The notes under the pieces are model-generated. The model saw only the letters and a list, made by a program, of their open reading frames with translations, was not told the DNA's origin and made no database searches. 64,000 nucleotides of DNA from the human T2T-CHM13v2.0 reference genome, Homo sapiens: the NCBI GenBank assembly GCA_009914755.4, contig CP086569.2, positions 12,160,001 to 12,224,000 on the forward strand. The letters run 5' to 3'. Shown here in pieces: positions 40,465-54,500 of the stretch. The position numbers and the translations under genes were made by a program. Position 1 is the first letter of the stretch; each line of letters starts with the position of its first letter.

Positions 40465-43400
40465 GAATGGAGTCGAAGGAATGGACAGGAATGTAATGGA
40501 CTCCAATGGAATGGAATGGATGAAATTGGATTTGAACAGATTGGAATCGAACGGAATGGAATGCAATGGAATGGAATGGACTCGAATGGAGAAGAGACAA
40601 ATGGAATGGAAACGAATTCAATGGAATTGAAAAGAATAGAATGGAATGGACTGTAATGGTAAGATACTAAATGGAATGGAATTGAATGGAATGTAGTGGA
40701 ATGGACCCAAATGTAATGCACTCGAATGGAATATACTCAAATAGAATGGAATCAAAAGGAAAGGTCTCAAATGGAATTTATTCAATACAATGGAATCGAA
40801 TGGAATGCAATAGAATGGAAAGGAATCGAATGTAATGGAATCAAATAGAATGGACCAGAATGGAATGGACTGCCATAGAACGGACTGCAGTGTAATGGAT
40901 TGAATTCTAATTCATTCAAATGGAATGGAATTGAATGGAATGGAATCCAATGGAATGGATAGGATTGTACTGGAATGGAATAGCATGGAATGCAACGGAG
41001 TGGAATGGAGTTGAATGAAGTGGAATGGAATCGATTGGAATGGAATCAAATGGAATGGACGGGAATGGAATGGACTGGAAGAGAACAGACTCGAATACAA
41101 TGGATTGCAATGTAATTGATTCAAATGGAATGGAATCGAATGGAATGTAATAAAATTGAAGGGATTGGAGTTCAATGCAATGGAATAGAATGGAATGCAA
41201 AGGAAAGGAAAGGCACGGAGTGAAATCGAGTGTAATGGAATCGAATGGAATGAAATCGAATGGAATGGACTCAAAAGAAATGGACGAGGGACAAAACGGA
41301 ATCAAACTGATTGGAATGGAATGGAACGGAATGGAATGGAATGGTATCCATTGGAAGGGAGTAGAACGGATTGGAATGGAATGGAATGAAATGGAATGGA
41401 AAGGAATAGAATGGAATGGAAAGGAATGGAAGGTAATGGAAAGATTTCGAACGGATTGGAAAGGAATGGAATAGACGCTAATGGAATGGAATGGAATTCA
41501 ACAGAAACGAATGGAATGGACTGGAGTGAAATGGAGTCGAATGTAATTGACTGGAGAGGAATGGGCTCGAAAGGAATGGACTCGAATAGAATGGACTGGA
41601 ATGGATTGTACTCGAATGGAGTGGAAAGGAATAAAATGGATTCCACCAGATTTGAATGGAACAGAATGTAATGCAATGGAATGGAATGCAATGGAATGGC
41701 TCGAATGGAATGGAGTCGAATGCAATGGAAGAGAAAGGAAAGGAATTGAATGGAATTGAAAGTAATAGAATTAAATGGAGTGCAAAGGAAAGATATCGAA
41801 TGGAATGGACGGAAAAGAAATAGAATGGAATGGACAGGAATGGAATGGAATAGACTGGCGTGCAATGAAAACGAATGGAATGGAAACGAATGGAATGGAA
41901 TGGAAAGGAATGGAGTAGAATAAATACTATGGAATGGAATGGAATGGAATGGAATGGAAAGGAATGGGGGCGAAAGGAAAAGAATGGATTGGAATGTCAC
42001 CGAATGGAAAGATATGGAATGGAAAGGAATGGATACGAATGGAATGGAATAGAAAGGAAGGGAAAGGTAAAGAATGGAATGGAATCGGATAGAATGGAAT
42101 TAAATAGAATGGAGTCGAATGGAAAATAATCGAGTAGAATGATATCGAATGGAATGGAATTTAATGGAATGGAATGGAATGGAATGGACTCGAATAGAAT
42201 GTACTCAAATCGATTTGAATAGAATGGAATGGAACTAAACGTAATGAACTCGAATGGAATGGACAGAAATAGAATGGAAGAGAAAGGAATCGTATTGAAT
42301 GGAATGTATTCGAATAGAATGGAATTCAATGGAATGCAACAGTGTGGCATGGAATCAAATGGAATGGAATCGAATGGAATGGACCCGAGTGGAATGGACT
42401 CATAGAACAGCCTCGAATGTAATGGATTACAATGTATTAGATTTGAAAGGACTGAAATCGAATGGAATGTAATCAAATAGAACGGAATTGAATGCATGGA
42501 ATGGCATAGAAAGTAATGCAATGGAATGGAATAGACTGGAATGGAATGGAATCGGATGGAATGTAATGAAATGTAATGGAAGGAATGCCATGGAATGGAA
42601 TGGAATGGAATGCAATGGGACAGTGTATAATGGAGTGCAATGGATTTCAGTGGAATGTAGTCCAAAGGAATGAAATAGAATGGAATTCAATATAATGGAA
42701 TGGCATCCAATGGCAAGGAATGGAGCGGACTCCAATGGAAACGACATGAAAGGACTATAATATAATGGAATGGCATTGAACGAAATGGAATGCAATGGAG
42801 TTAAAAGGTAAAATATCGAATGGAAAAGAATTGAATGGACTCGAATGGAATATAATGGAATGGAATGGACTCGAATGGAATGTACTAGAGTTGAATGGAA
42901 TCGCATGGAATGGAAAACAATGGAAAGGAAAGGAAGGGAATTGAAAGTAAAGGAATAGAATGGAATGGAATCGGATGGAACGGAATTGAATGGAATGGAA
43001 ACTAAAGGAATAGAATAGAAAGGAATGGCATTGAATGGAATGGAATAGAATGGAATCAGACGGAACAGAAAGGAATGGAATAGAATCGAATGGAATGGCA
43101 TCGAATGGTTTGGAATGGAATGTAATGGAATGGAATGGAAAGGAATGGAATGGACTCAAATGGAATGTACTCAAATGGAATAGAATAGAATGGAATGGAA
43201 GTAAATATAATGGACTCGAGTGGAATGGATTGGAATAAATTGGAATTGAATGTATTGGATTCGAATGGAAAGGAATGGAATGGAATGGAATGGAATGGAT
43301 TCGAATGGAATGGAACGAATTGGAATGTAATTGAATAGAGTCGAAAACAGTAGAAAGAAAAGAAGTTTAATCGAATGATATCGAATGGAATTGAATGGAA

Positions 43401-45985
43401 TATAGGCGAATGGAATGGACTGGAATGGAGTGGAGTGACATGTAATGGAATCGAAAGGAATGGAATCGAATGAAATGGAATTGAATGGAATAGAAAGGAA
43501 TAGAATGGAATGGAGTTTAATGGAAAGATATTAAAAGTAATGGAATGGAATTGAGTGGACACGAATGGAATGGACTGGAATGTAAAGGACTCGAATGAAG
43601 TGGACCGCATTAGAATGGACTCGAATGGAATGGATTGGAGTGGAATGGTCTTTAATGGATTGGAAACGAATGGAATGGAAAGGAATAGAATGGAATGTAA
43701 TCAAATGGAACGAAATGGAATGGAATGGATTCGACTGGAACAGAACTGAACGTAGTGGAATTGAGTGGAATGGAATGCAGTCGAATGGAATGGACAGGAA
43801 TGGAATAGAATGAAATGAAATGGCATGGAATGGAATGGAATGGAATGGAATGGAATGGAATGGAATGGCATGGCTTGTAATGGAATGGAATGGCATGGAA
43901 TGAAATTGATTGGTATGGGATGGGCCCAAAAGTAATGGACTCACAGAAAAGGGACTCAAATAGAATGAATTGGAAAGAAACGGTCTCGAATGTAATTTAT
44001 TCGAATAGAATGATATTGAATGGAATGCGATAGTATGGAATGGTATTGAATAGAATGGAATAGAATGGAATGGAATGGAACGGAATGGAGTGCATTTGAA
44101 CGGACTCCAATGCAACAAATTGCAATATAATTGATTCAAATGGAATGGAATCGAATAGAATGTAAACAAATGAAATGGAAGGCAATGCAATGGAAAGGAA
44201 TCGAATGAAATGGAATAAATGGGATGGAATCGAATGGAAAGGACGCGAATATAATGGACTGTTAAGGAAAGGTCTCGAATCGAATTTATTCCAATAGAAT
44301 GGAATCGAACGGAATGCAATACTGTTGAATCGAATCGAATGGAATGGAATTGAATGGAATGGACAGGAATGGAATGAACTGGAAGTGAATGGAAAAGAAC
44401 GTAATATAGTGCAATGTAATTTATTCAAATGGAATGGAATGCAATCGAATGCAATGGACTCGATTGGAATGGACTGGAGTGGAATGGACTGAAACGGAAT
44501 GGAAAGGAATGTAATGGAATGGAACGGAAAGCAAAGGAATCTACTGGAATAGAATCGAATGGAACAGAAAGGAATGGAATGGAATGGAGTGGAATGGACT
44601 CGAATGGAATGTATTCGAATGTAATGGACCGGAAAGGAATGGAATCCAATGGAATGGAATTGAATGGAATCAAAAGGAATAGAAAGGAATAGAGTGTAAT
44701 TGAATGATATCGAATGGAAGGAAATGGAATGAAGTCGAAAGGAATGCACTGGAATGGAATGGACTCGATCAGAACGGACTGGAGAGGAATGTACACAAAT
44801 GGAATGGAAACGAATGGAATGCAATGAAATGGAATGGAATGAAATGGAATTGAAAGGAACGGAATCAAATGGAATGGAATGGATTGGAATAGAATGGATT
44901 CAAATAAAATAGAATAGATAGGAATGGTATTGAATGGAAGGGACTTGAATGGAATGGAAATCAATGGAAGATATTGGAATCGAATGGCATCGAATGAAAT
45001 GGAATGGAACGGAATGGAACGGACCCGAATGGAAAGGAATGGACTGAAATGTAATGGACTCGAATGGAATCGACTGAAATATAATACACTCGAAAGGAAT
45101 GGCCTCCAGCGGAATTTATTTGAATAGAATTGAATCAAATGGAATACAAGAGTATTGAATGGAATCGAATGGAACGGAATCGAATGGAATGGAACAGAAT
45201 TCAATATAATGGAGTAGAATGGAATGCATTGGAAAGGAGCAGAGTGGAATCGAGTGGAATGGAATCGAGTGGAATGGAATCAAAGGGAACGAAATCGAAT
45301 TGAATGGACTTGAATGGAATTGACTCGAAAGGAATGGACTGGAACAAAAAGGAATGAAATGGACAGGAATGGACTGGAATGGACTCGAATGGAATGGAGT
45401 CAAATGCAAACGTATCGAATGGAATGGATTCAAATGGAATGCCATTGAATGGAATAGAAAGGAAGAGAATGGAATTGAGAGTAATGGAAAGATATCGATT
45501 GGAATGAAATGGAATGGAAAGGAATTGAATGGAAAGGAATGGACTCGAAAGAAATGGATTGGAATGGAATGGTCTCCAATGGAATGGACTGGAGTGGAAT
45601 GGAATCGAATGGAATGAAAAGAATGGAAAGGAATGGAACGGAAAGGAATAGAATGTTATGGAATCCGATTGGACAGAATGGAATGGAATGGACTTTCATG
45701 AAATGGAGTCGAATAGAGTGGCATCAAAAGGAATGGAATGGAATGGAGTGGACTCAAAAGGAACGGACTTGAAAGGAATGGCGTCGAAGCAAATTGAATC
45801 AAATGGATTGGAGTCGAACAGAATGGAATGGAATGGAATGAACTCGACTGGAGTAGAGAGGAATGTAAAGGAATAGAATGGAATGTAATCAAATGGATTG
45901 CAAGTGAATGGAATCAAAAATAATAGAAAGGAATGGAGTGTAAAGGGATGATATTGAATAAAATGGAATGGAATGGAATTTAATG
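40465..45985. repeat. HSat3 HOR copy H7 (5521 bp, late-type).
   Basis: Anchor at 40465 and 45986. Confidence 0.85.
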
Positions 45986-48900
45986 GAATGGAGTCGAAGG
46001 AATGGACAGGAATGTAATGGACTCCAATGGAATGGAATGGATGAAAATGGATTTGAACAGATTGGAATCGAACGCAATGGAATGCAATGGAATGGAATGG
46101 ACTCGAATGGAGAAGAGACAAATGGAATGGAAACGAATTCAATGGAATTGAAAAGAATAGAATGGAATGGCCTGTAATGGTAAGATACTAAATGGAATGG
46201 AATTGAATGGAATGTAGTGGAATGGACCCAAATGTAATGCAGTCGAATGGAATATACTGAAATAGAATGGAATCGAAAGGAAAGGTCTCAAATGGAATTT
46301 ATTCAATACAATGGAATCGAATGGAATGCAATAGAATGGAAAGGAATCGAATGTAATGGAATCAAATAGAATGGACCAGAATGGAATGGACTGCCATAGA
46401 ACGGACTGCAGTGTAATGGATTGAATTCTAATTCATTCAAATGGAATGGAATTGAATGGAATGGAATCCAATGGAATAGATAAGATTGTACTGGAATGGA
46501 ATAGCATGGAATGCAACGGAGTGGAATGGAGTTGAATGAAGTGGAATGGAATCGATTGGAATGGAATCAAATGGAATGGACGGGAATGGAATGGACTGGA
46601 AGAGAACAGACTCGAATACAATGGATTGCAATGTAATTGATTCAAATTGAATGGAATCGAATGGAATGTAATAAAATTGAAGGGATTGGAGTTCAATGCA
46701 AAGGAATAGAATGGAATGCAAAGGAAAGGAAAGGCACGGAGTGAAATCGAGTGTAATGGAATCGAATGGAATGAAATCGAATGGAATGGACTCAAAAGAA
46801 ATGGACGAGGGACAAAACGGAATCAAACTGATTGGAATGGAATGGAACGGAATGGAATGGAATGGTCTCCATTGGATGGGAGTAGAACGGATTGGAATGG
46901 AATGGAATGAAATGGAATGGAAAGGAATAGAATGGAATGGAAAGGAATGGAAGGTAATGGAAAGATATCGAACGGATTGGAAAGGAATGGAATGGACGCT
47001 AATGGAATGGAATGGAATTCAACAGAAACGAATGGAATGGACTGGAGTGAAATGGAGTCGAATGTAATTGACTGGAGAGGAATGGACTCGAAAGGAATGG
47101 ACTCGAATAGAATGGACAGGAATGGATTGTACTCGAATGGAGTGGAAAGGAATAAAATGGATTCCACCAGATTGGAATGGAACAGAATGTAATGCACAAG
47201 AATGGAATGCAATGGAATGGCTCGAATGGAATGGAGTCGAATGCAATGGAAGAGAAAGGAAAGGAATTGAATGGAATTGAAAGTAATAGAATTAAATGGA
47301 GTACAAAGGAAAGATATCGAATGGAATGGATCGAAAAGAAATAGAATGGAATTGACAGGAATGGAATGGAATAGACTGGCGTGCAATGAAAACGAATGGA
47401 TTGGAAACGAATGGAATGGAATGGAAAGGAATGGAGTAGAATAAATACTATGGAATGGAATGGAATGGAATGGAATGGAATGGAATGGAATGGAATGGAA
47501 TGGAATGGAAAGGAATGGAGGCGAAAGGAAAAGAATGGATTGGAATGTCACCGAATGGAAAGATGTGGAATGGAAAGGAATGGATACGAATGGAATGGAA
47601 TAGAAAGGAAGGGAAAGGTAAAGAATGGAATGGAATCGGATAGAATGGAATGCAATATAATGGAGTCGAATGGAAAATAATCGAGTAGAATGATATCGAA
47701 TGGAATGGAATTTAATGGAATGAAATGGAATGGAATGGAATGGAATGGAATGGACTCGAATGGAATGTACTCAAATGGATTAGAATAGAATGGAATGGAA
47801 CTAAACGTAATGAACTCGAATGGAATGGACACAAATAGATTGGAAGAGAAAGGAATGGTATTGAATGGAATGTATTCGAATAGAATGGAATTCAATGGAA
47901 TGCAACAGTGTGGCATGGAATCAAATGGAATGGAATCGAATGGAATGGACCCGAGTGGAATGGACTCATAGAACATCCTCGAATGTAATGGATTACAATG
48001 TATTAGATTTGAAAGGACTGAAATCGAATGGAATGTAATCAAATAGAACGGAATTGAATGCATGGAATGGCATAGAAAGTAATGCAATGGAATGGAATAG
48101 ACTGGAATGGAATGGAATCGGATGGAATGTAATGAAATGTAATGGAAGGAATGCCATGGAATGAAATGGAATGGAATGCAATGGGACGGTGTATAATGGA
48201 GTGCAATGGATTTCAGTGGAATGTAGTCCAAAGGAATGAAATAGAATGGAATTCAATATAATGGAATGGCATCCAATGGCAAGGAATGGAGCGGACTCCA
48301 ATGGAAACGACATGAAAGGACTATAATATAATGGAATGGCATTGAACGAAATGGAATGCAATGGAGTTAAAAGGTAAAATATCGAATGGAAAAGAATTGA
48401 ATGGACTCGAATGGAATATAATGGAATGGAATGGACTCGAATGGAATGTACTAGAGTTGAATGGAATCGCATGGAATGGAAAACAATGGAAAGGAAAGGA
48501 AGGGAATTTAAAGTAAAGGAATAGAATGGAATGGAATCAGATGGAACGGAATTGAATGGAATGGAAACTAAAGGAATAGAATAGAAAGGAATGGCATTGA
48601 ATGGAATGGAAAGGAATGGAATCAGATGGAACAGAAAGGAATGGAATAGAATCGAATGGAATGGCATCGAATGGTTTGGAATGGAATGTAATGGAATGGA
48701 ATGGAAAGGAATGGAATGGACTCAAATGGAATGTACTCAAATGGAATAGAATAGAATGGAATGGAAGTAAATATAATGGACTCGAGTGGAATGGATTGGA
48801 ATAAATTGGAATTGAATGTATTGGATTCGAATGGAAAGGAATGGAATGGAATGGAATGCAATGGATTCGAATGGAATGGAACGAATTGGAATGTAATTGA

Positions 48901-51572
48901 ATGGAGTCGAAAACAGTAGAAAAAAAGAAGTTTAATCGAATGATATCGAATGGAATTGAATGGAATGTAGGCGAATGGAATAGACTGGAATGGAGTGGAA
49001 TGACATGTAATGGAATCGAAAGGAATGGAATCGAATGAAATGGAATTGAATGGAATAGAAAGGAATAGAATGGAATGGAGTTTAATGGAAAGATATTAAA
49101 AGTAATGGAATGGAATTGAGTGGACACGAATGGAATGGACTGGAATGTAAAGGACTCGAATGAAATGGACCGCAATAGAATGGACTCGAATGGAATGGAT
49201 TGGAGTGGAATGGTCATTAATGGATTGGAAACGAATGGAATGGAAAGGAATAGAATGGAATGTAATCAAATGGAACGAAATGGAATGGAATGGATTCGAC
49301 TGGAACAGAACTGAATGTAGTGGAATTGAGTGGAATGGAATGCAATCGAATGGAATGGACAGGAATGGAATAGAATGAAATGAAATGGCATGGAATGGAG
49401 TGGAATGGAATGGAATGGAATGGAATGGAATGGAATGGAATGGCATGGCTTGGAATGGAATGGAATGGCATGGAATGAAATTGATTGGTATGGGATGGGC
49501 CCAAAAGTAATGGACTCACAGAAAAGGGACTCAAATAGAATGAATTGGAAAGAAACGGTCTCGAATGTAATTTATTCGAATAGAATGACATTGAGTGGAA
49601 TGCGATAGTATGGAATGGTATTGAATAGAATGGAATAGAATGGAATGGAATGGAACGGAATGGAGTGCATTTGAACGGACTCCAATGCAACAAATTGCAA
49701 TATAATTGATTCAAATGGAATGGAATCGAATAGAATGTAAACAAATGAAATGGAAGGCAATGCAATGGAAAGGAATCGAATGAAATGGAATAAATGGGAT
49801 GGAATCGAATGGAAAGGACGCGAATATAATGGACTGTTAAGGAAAGGTCTCGAATCGAATTTATTCCAATAGAATGGAATCGAACGGAATGCAATACTGT
49901 TGAATCGAATCGAATGGAATGGAATTGAATGGAATGGACAGGAATGGAATGAACTGGAAGTGAATGGAAAAGAACGTAATATAGTGCAATGTAATTTATT
50001 CAAATGGAATGGAATGCAATCGAATGGAATGTACTCGATTGGAATGGACTGGAGTGGAATGGACTGAAACGGAATGGAAAGGAATGTAATGGAATGGAAC
50101 GGAAAGCAAAGGAATCTACTGGAATAGAATCGAACGGAACAGAAAGGAATGGAATGGAATGGAGTGGAATGGACTCGAATGGAATGTAATCGAATGTAAT
50201 GGACCAGAAAGGAATGGAATCCAATGGAATGGAATTGAATGGAATCAAAAGGAATAGAAAGGAATAGAGTGTAATTGAATGATACCGAATGGAAGGAAAT
50301 GGAATGAAGTCGAATGGAATGCACTGGAATGGAATGGACTCGATCAGAACGGACTGGAGAGGAATGTACACAAATGGAATGGAAACGAATGGAATGGAAT
50401 GAAATGGAATGGAATGAAATGGAATTGAAAGGAACGGAATCAAATGGAATGGAATGGATTGGAATAGAATGGATTCAAATAAAATAGAATCGATAGGAAT
50501 GGTATTGAATGGAAGGGACTTGAATGGAATGGAAATCAATGGAAGATATTGGAATCGAATGGCATCGAATGAAATGGAATGGAACGGAATGGAACGGACC
50601 CGAATGGAATGGAATGGACTGAAATGTAATGGACTCGAATGGAATCGACTGAAATATAATAGACTCGAAAGGAATGGCTTCCAGCGGAATTTATTTGAAT
50701 AGAATTGAATCAAATGGAATACAAGAGTATTGAATGGAATCGAATGGAATGGAATCGAATGGAATGGAACGGAATTCAATATAATGGAGTAGAATGGAAT
50801 GCATTGGAAAGGAGCAGAGTGGAATCGAGTGGAATGGAATCGAGTGGAATGGAATCAAAGGGAACGAAATCGAATTGAATGGACTTGAATGGAATTGACT
50901 CGAAAGGAATTGACTCGAAAGGAATGGACTGGAACAAAAAGGAATGAAATGGACAGGAATGGAATGGAATGGACTCGAATGGAATGGAGTCAAATGCAAA
51001 CGCATCGAATGGAATGGATTCAAATGGAATGCAATTGAATGGAATAGAAAGGAAGAGAATGGAATTGAGAGTAATGGAAAGATATCGATTGGAATGAAAT
51101 GGAATGGAAAGGAATTGAATGGAAAGGAATGGACTCGAAAGAAATGGATTGGAATGGAATGGTCTCCAATGGAATGGACTGGAGTGGAATGGAATCGAAT
51201 GGAATGAAAAGAATGGAACGGAATGGAACGGAAACGAATAGAATGTTATGGAATCCGATTGGACAGAATGGAATGGAATGGACTTTCATGAAATGGAGTC
51301 GAATAGAGTGGCATCAAAAGGAATGGAATGGAATGGAGTGGACTCAAAAGGAACGGACTCGAAAGGAATGGCGTCGAAGCAAATTGAATCAAATGGATTG
51401 GAGTCGAACAGAATGGAATGGAATGGAATGAAGTCGACTGGAGTAGAGAGGAATGTAAAGGAATAGAATGGAATGTAATCAAATGGATTGCAAGTGAATG
51501 GAATCAAAAATAATAGAAAGGAATGGAGTGTAAAGGGATGATATTGAATAAAATGGAATGGAATGGAATTTA
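45986..51572. repeat. HSat3 HOR copy H8 (5587 bp, late-type).
   Basis: Anchor at 45986 and 51573. Confidence 0.85.
47451..47510. repeat. Second pure (AATGG)n tract family, about 12 units in H8. It is 4-6 units in H1 to H4, H6 and H7, about 9 in H5, about 10 in H9 and about 12 in H10.
   Basis: 'ctatggaatggaatgg...' followed by 'ggaggcgaaagg'. Homologues lie at 8345-8370, 13833-13852, 19338-19370, 25393-25425, 30887-30930, 36390-36415, 41930-41955, 53046-53095 and 58627-58685. Confidence 0.8.
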
Positions 51573-54500
51573 ATGGAATGGAGTTGAAGGAATGGACAGG
51601 AATGTAATGGACTCCAAAGGAATGGAATGGATGAAAATGGATTTGAACAGATTGGAATCGAACGGAATGGAATGCAATGGAATGGAATGGACTCGAATGG
51701 AGAAGAGACAAATGGAATGGAAACGAATTCAATGGAATTGAAAAGAATAGAATGGAATGGCCTGTAATGGTAAGATACTAAATGGAATGGAATTGAATGG
51801 AATGTAGTGGAATGGACCCAAATGTAATGCACTCGAATGGAATATACTGAAATAGAATGGAATCGAAAGGAAAGGTCTCAAATGGAATTTATTCAATACA
51901 ATGGAATCGAATGGAATGCAATAGAATGGAAAGGAATCGAATGTAATGGAATCAAATAGAATGGACCAGACTGGAATGGACTGCCATAGAACGGACTGCA
52001 GTGTAATGGATTGAATTCTAATTCATTCAAATGGAATGGAATTGAATGGAATGGAATCCAATGGAATAGATAGGATTGTACTGGAATGGAATAGCATGGA
52101 ATGCAACGGAGTGGAATGGAGTTGAATGAAGTGGAATGGAATCGATTGGAATGGAATCAAATGGAATGGACGGGAATGGAATGGACTGGAAGAGAACAGA
52201 CTCGAATACAATGGATTGCAATGTAATTGATTCAAATGGAATGGAATCGAATGGAATGTAATAAAATTGAAGGGATTGGAGTTCAATGCAAAGGAATAGA
52301 ATGGAATGCAAAGGAAAGGAAAGGCACGGAGTGAAATCGAGTGTAATGGAATCGAATGGAATGAAATCGAATGGAATGGACTCAAAAGAAATGGACGAGG
52401 GACAAAACGGAATCAAACTGATTGGAATCGAAAGGAACGGAATGGAATGGAATGGTCTCCATTGGATGGGAGTAGAACGGATTGGAATGGAATGGAATGA
52501 AATGGAATGGAAAGGAATAGAATGGAATGGAAAGGAATGGAAGGTAATGGAAAGATATCGAACGGATTGGAAAGGAATGGAATGGACGCTAATGGAATGG
52601 AATGGAATTCAACAGAAACGAATGGAATGGACTGGAGTGAAATGGAGTCGAATGTAATTGACTGGAGAGGAATGGACTCGAAAGGAATGGACTCGAATAG
52701 AATGGACAGGAATGGATTGTACTCGAATGGAGTGGAAAGGAATAAAATGGATTCCACCAGATTGGAATGGAACAGAATGTAATGTAATGGAATGGAATGG
52801 AATGCAATGGAATGGCTCGAATGGAATGGAGTCGAATGCAATGGAAGAGAAAGGAAAGGAATTGAATGGAATTGAAAGTAATAGAATTAAATGGAGTACA
52901 AAGGAAAGATATCGAATGGAATGGATCGAAAAGAAATAGAATGGAATTGACAGGAATGGAATGGAATAGACTGGCGTGCAATGAAAACGAATGGAATGGA
53001 AACGAATGGAATGGAATGGAAAGGAATGGAGTAGAATAAATACTATGGAATGGAATGGAATGGAATGGAATGGAATGGAATGGAATGGAATGGAAAGGAA
53101 TGGAGGCGAAAGAAAATGAATGGATTGGAATGTCACCGAATGGAAAGATATGGAATGGAAGGGAATGGATACGAATGGAATGGAATAGAAAGGAAGGGAA
53201 AGGTAAAGAATGGAATGGAATCGGATAGAATGGAATGCAATATAATGGAGTCGAATGGAAATTAATCGAGTAGAATGATATCGAATGGAATGGAATTTAA
53301 TGGAATGAAATGGAATGGAATGGAATGGAATGGAATGGACTCGAATGGAATGTACTCAAATGGATTAGAATAGAATGGAATGGAACTAAACGTAATGAAC
53401 TCGAATGGAATGGACACAAATAGAATGGAAGAGAAAGGAATGGTATTGAATGGAATGTATTCGAATAGAATGGAATTCAATGGAATGCAACAGTGTGGCA
53501 TGGAATCAAATGGAATGGAATCGAATGGAATGGACCCGAGTGGAATGGACTCATAGAACATCCTCGAATGTAATGGATTACAATGTATTAGATTTGAAAG
53601 GACTGAAATCGAATGGAATGTAATCAAATAGAACGGAATTGAATGCATGGAATGGCATAGAAAGTAATGCAATGGAATGGAATAGACTGGAATGGAATGG
53701 AATCGGATGGAATGTAATGAAATGTAATGGAAGGAATGCCATGGAATGAAATGGAATGGAATGCAATGGGACGGTGTATAATGGAGTGCAATGGATTTCA
53801 GTGGAATGTAGTCCAAAGGAATGAAATAGAATGGAATTCAATATAATGGAATGGCATCCAATGGCAAGGAATGGAGCGGACTCCAATGGAAACGACATGA
53901 AAGGACTATAATATAATGGAATGGCATTGAACGAAATGGAATGCAATGGAGTTAAAAGGTAAAATATCGAATGGAAAAGAATTGAATGGACTCGAATGGA
54001 ATATAATGGAATGGAATGGACTCGAATGGAATGTACTAGAGTTGAATGGAATCGCATGGAATGGAAAACAATGGAAAGGAAAGGAAGGGAATTGAAAGTA
54101 AAGGAATAGAATGGAATGGAATCGGATGGAACGGAATTGAATGGAATGGAAACTAAAGGAATAGAACAGAAAGGAATGGCATTGAATGGAATGGAAAGGA
54201 ATGGAATCAGATGGAACAGAAAGGAATGGAATAGAATCGAATGGAATGGCATCGAATGGTTTGGAATGGAATGTAATGGAATGGAATGGAAAGGAATGGA
54301 ATGGACTCAAATGGAATGTACTCAAATGGAATAGAATAGAATGGAATGGAAGTAAATATAATGGACTCGAGTGGAATGGATTGGAATAAATTGGAATTGA
54401 ATGTAATGGATTCGAATGGAAAGGAATGGAATGGAATGGAATGGAATGGATTCGAATAGAATGGAACGAATTGGAATGTAATTGAATGGAGTCGAAAACA

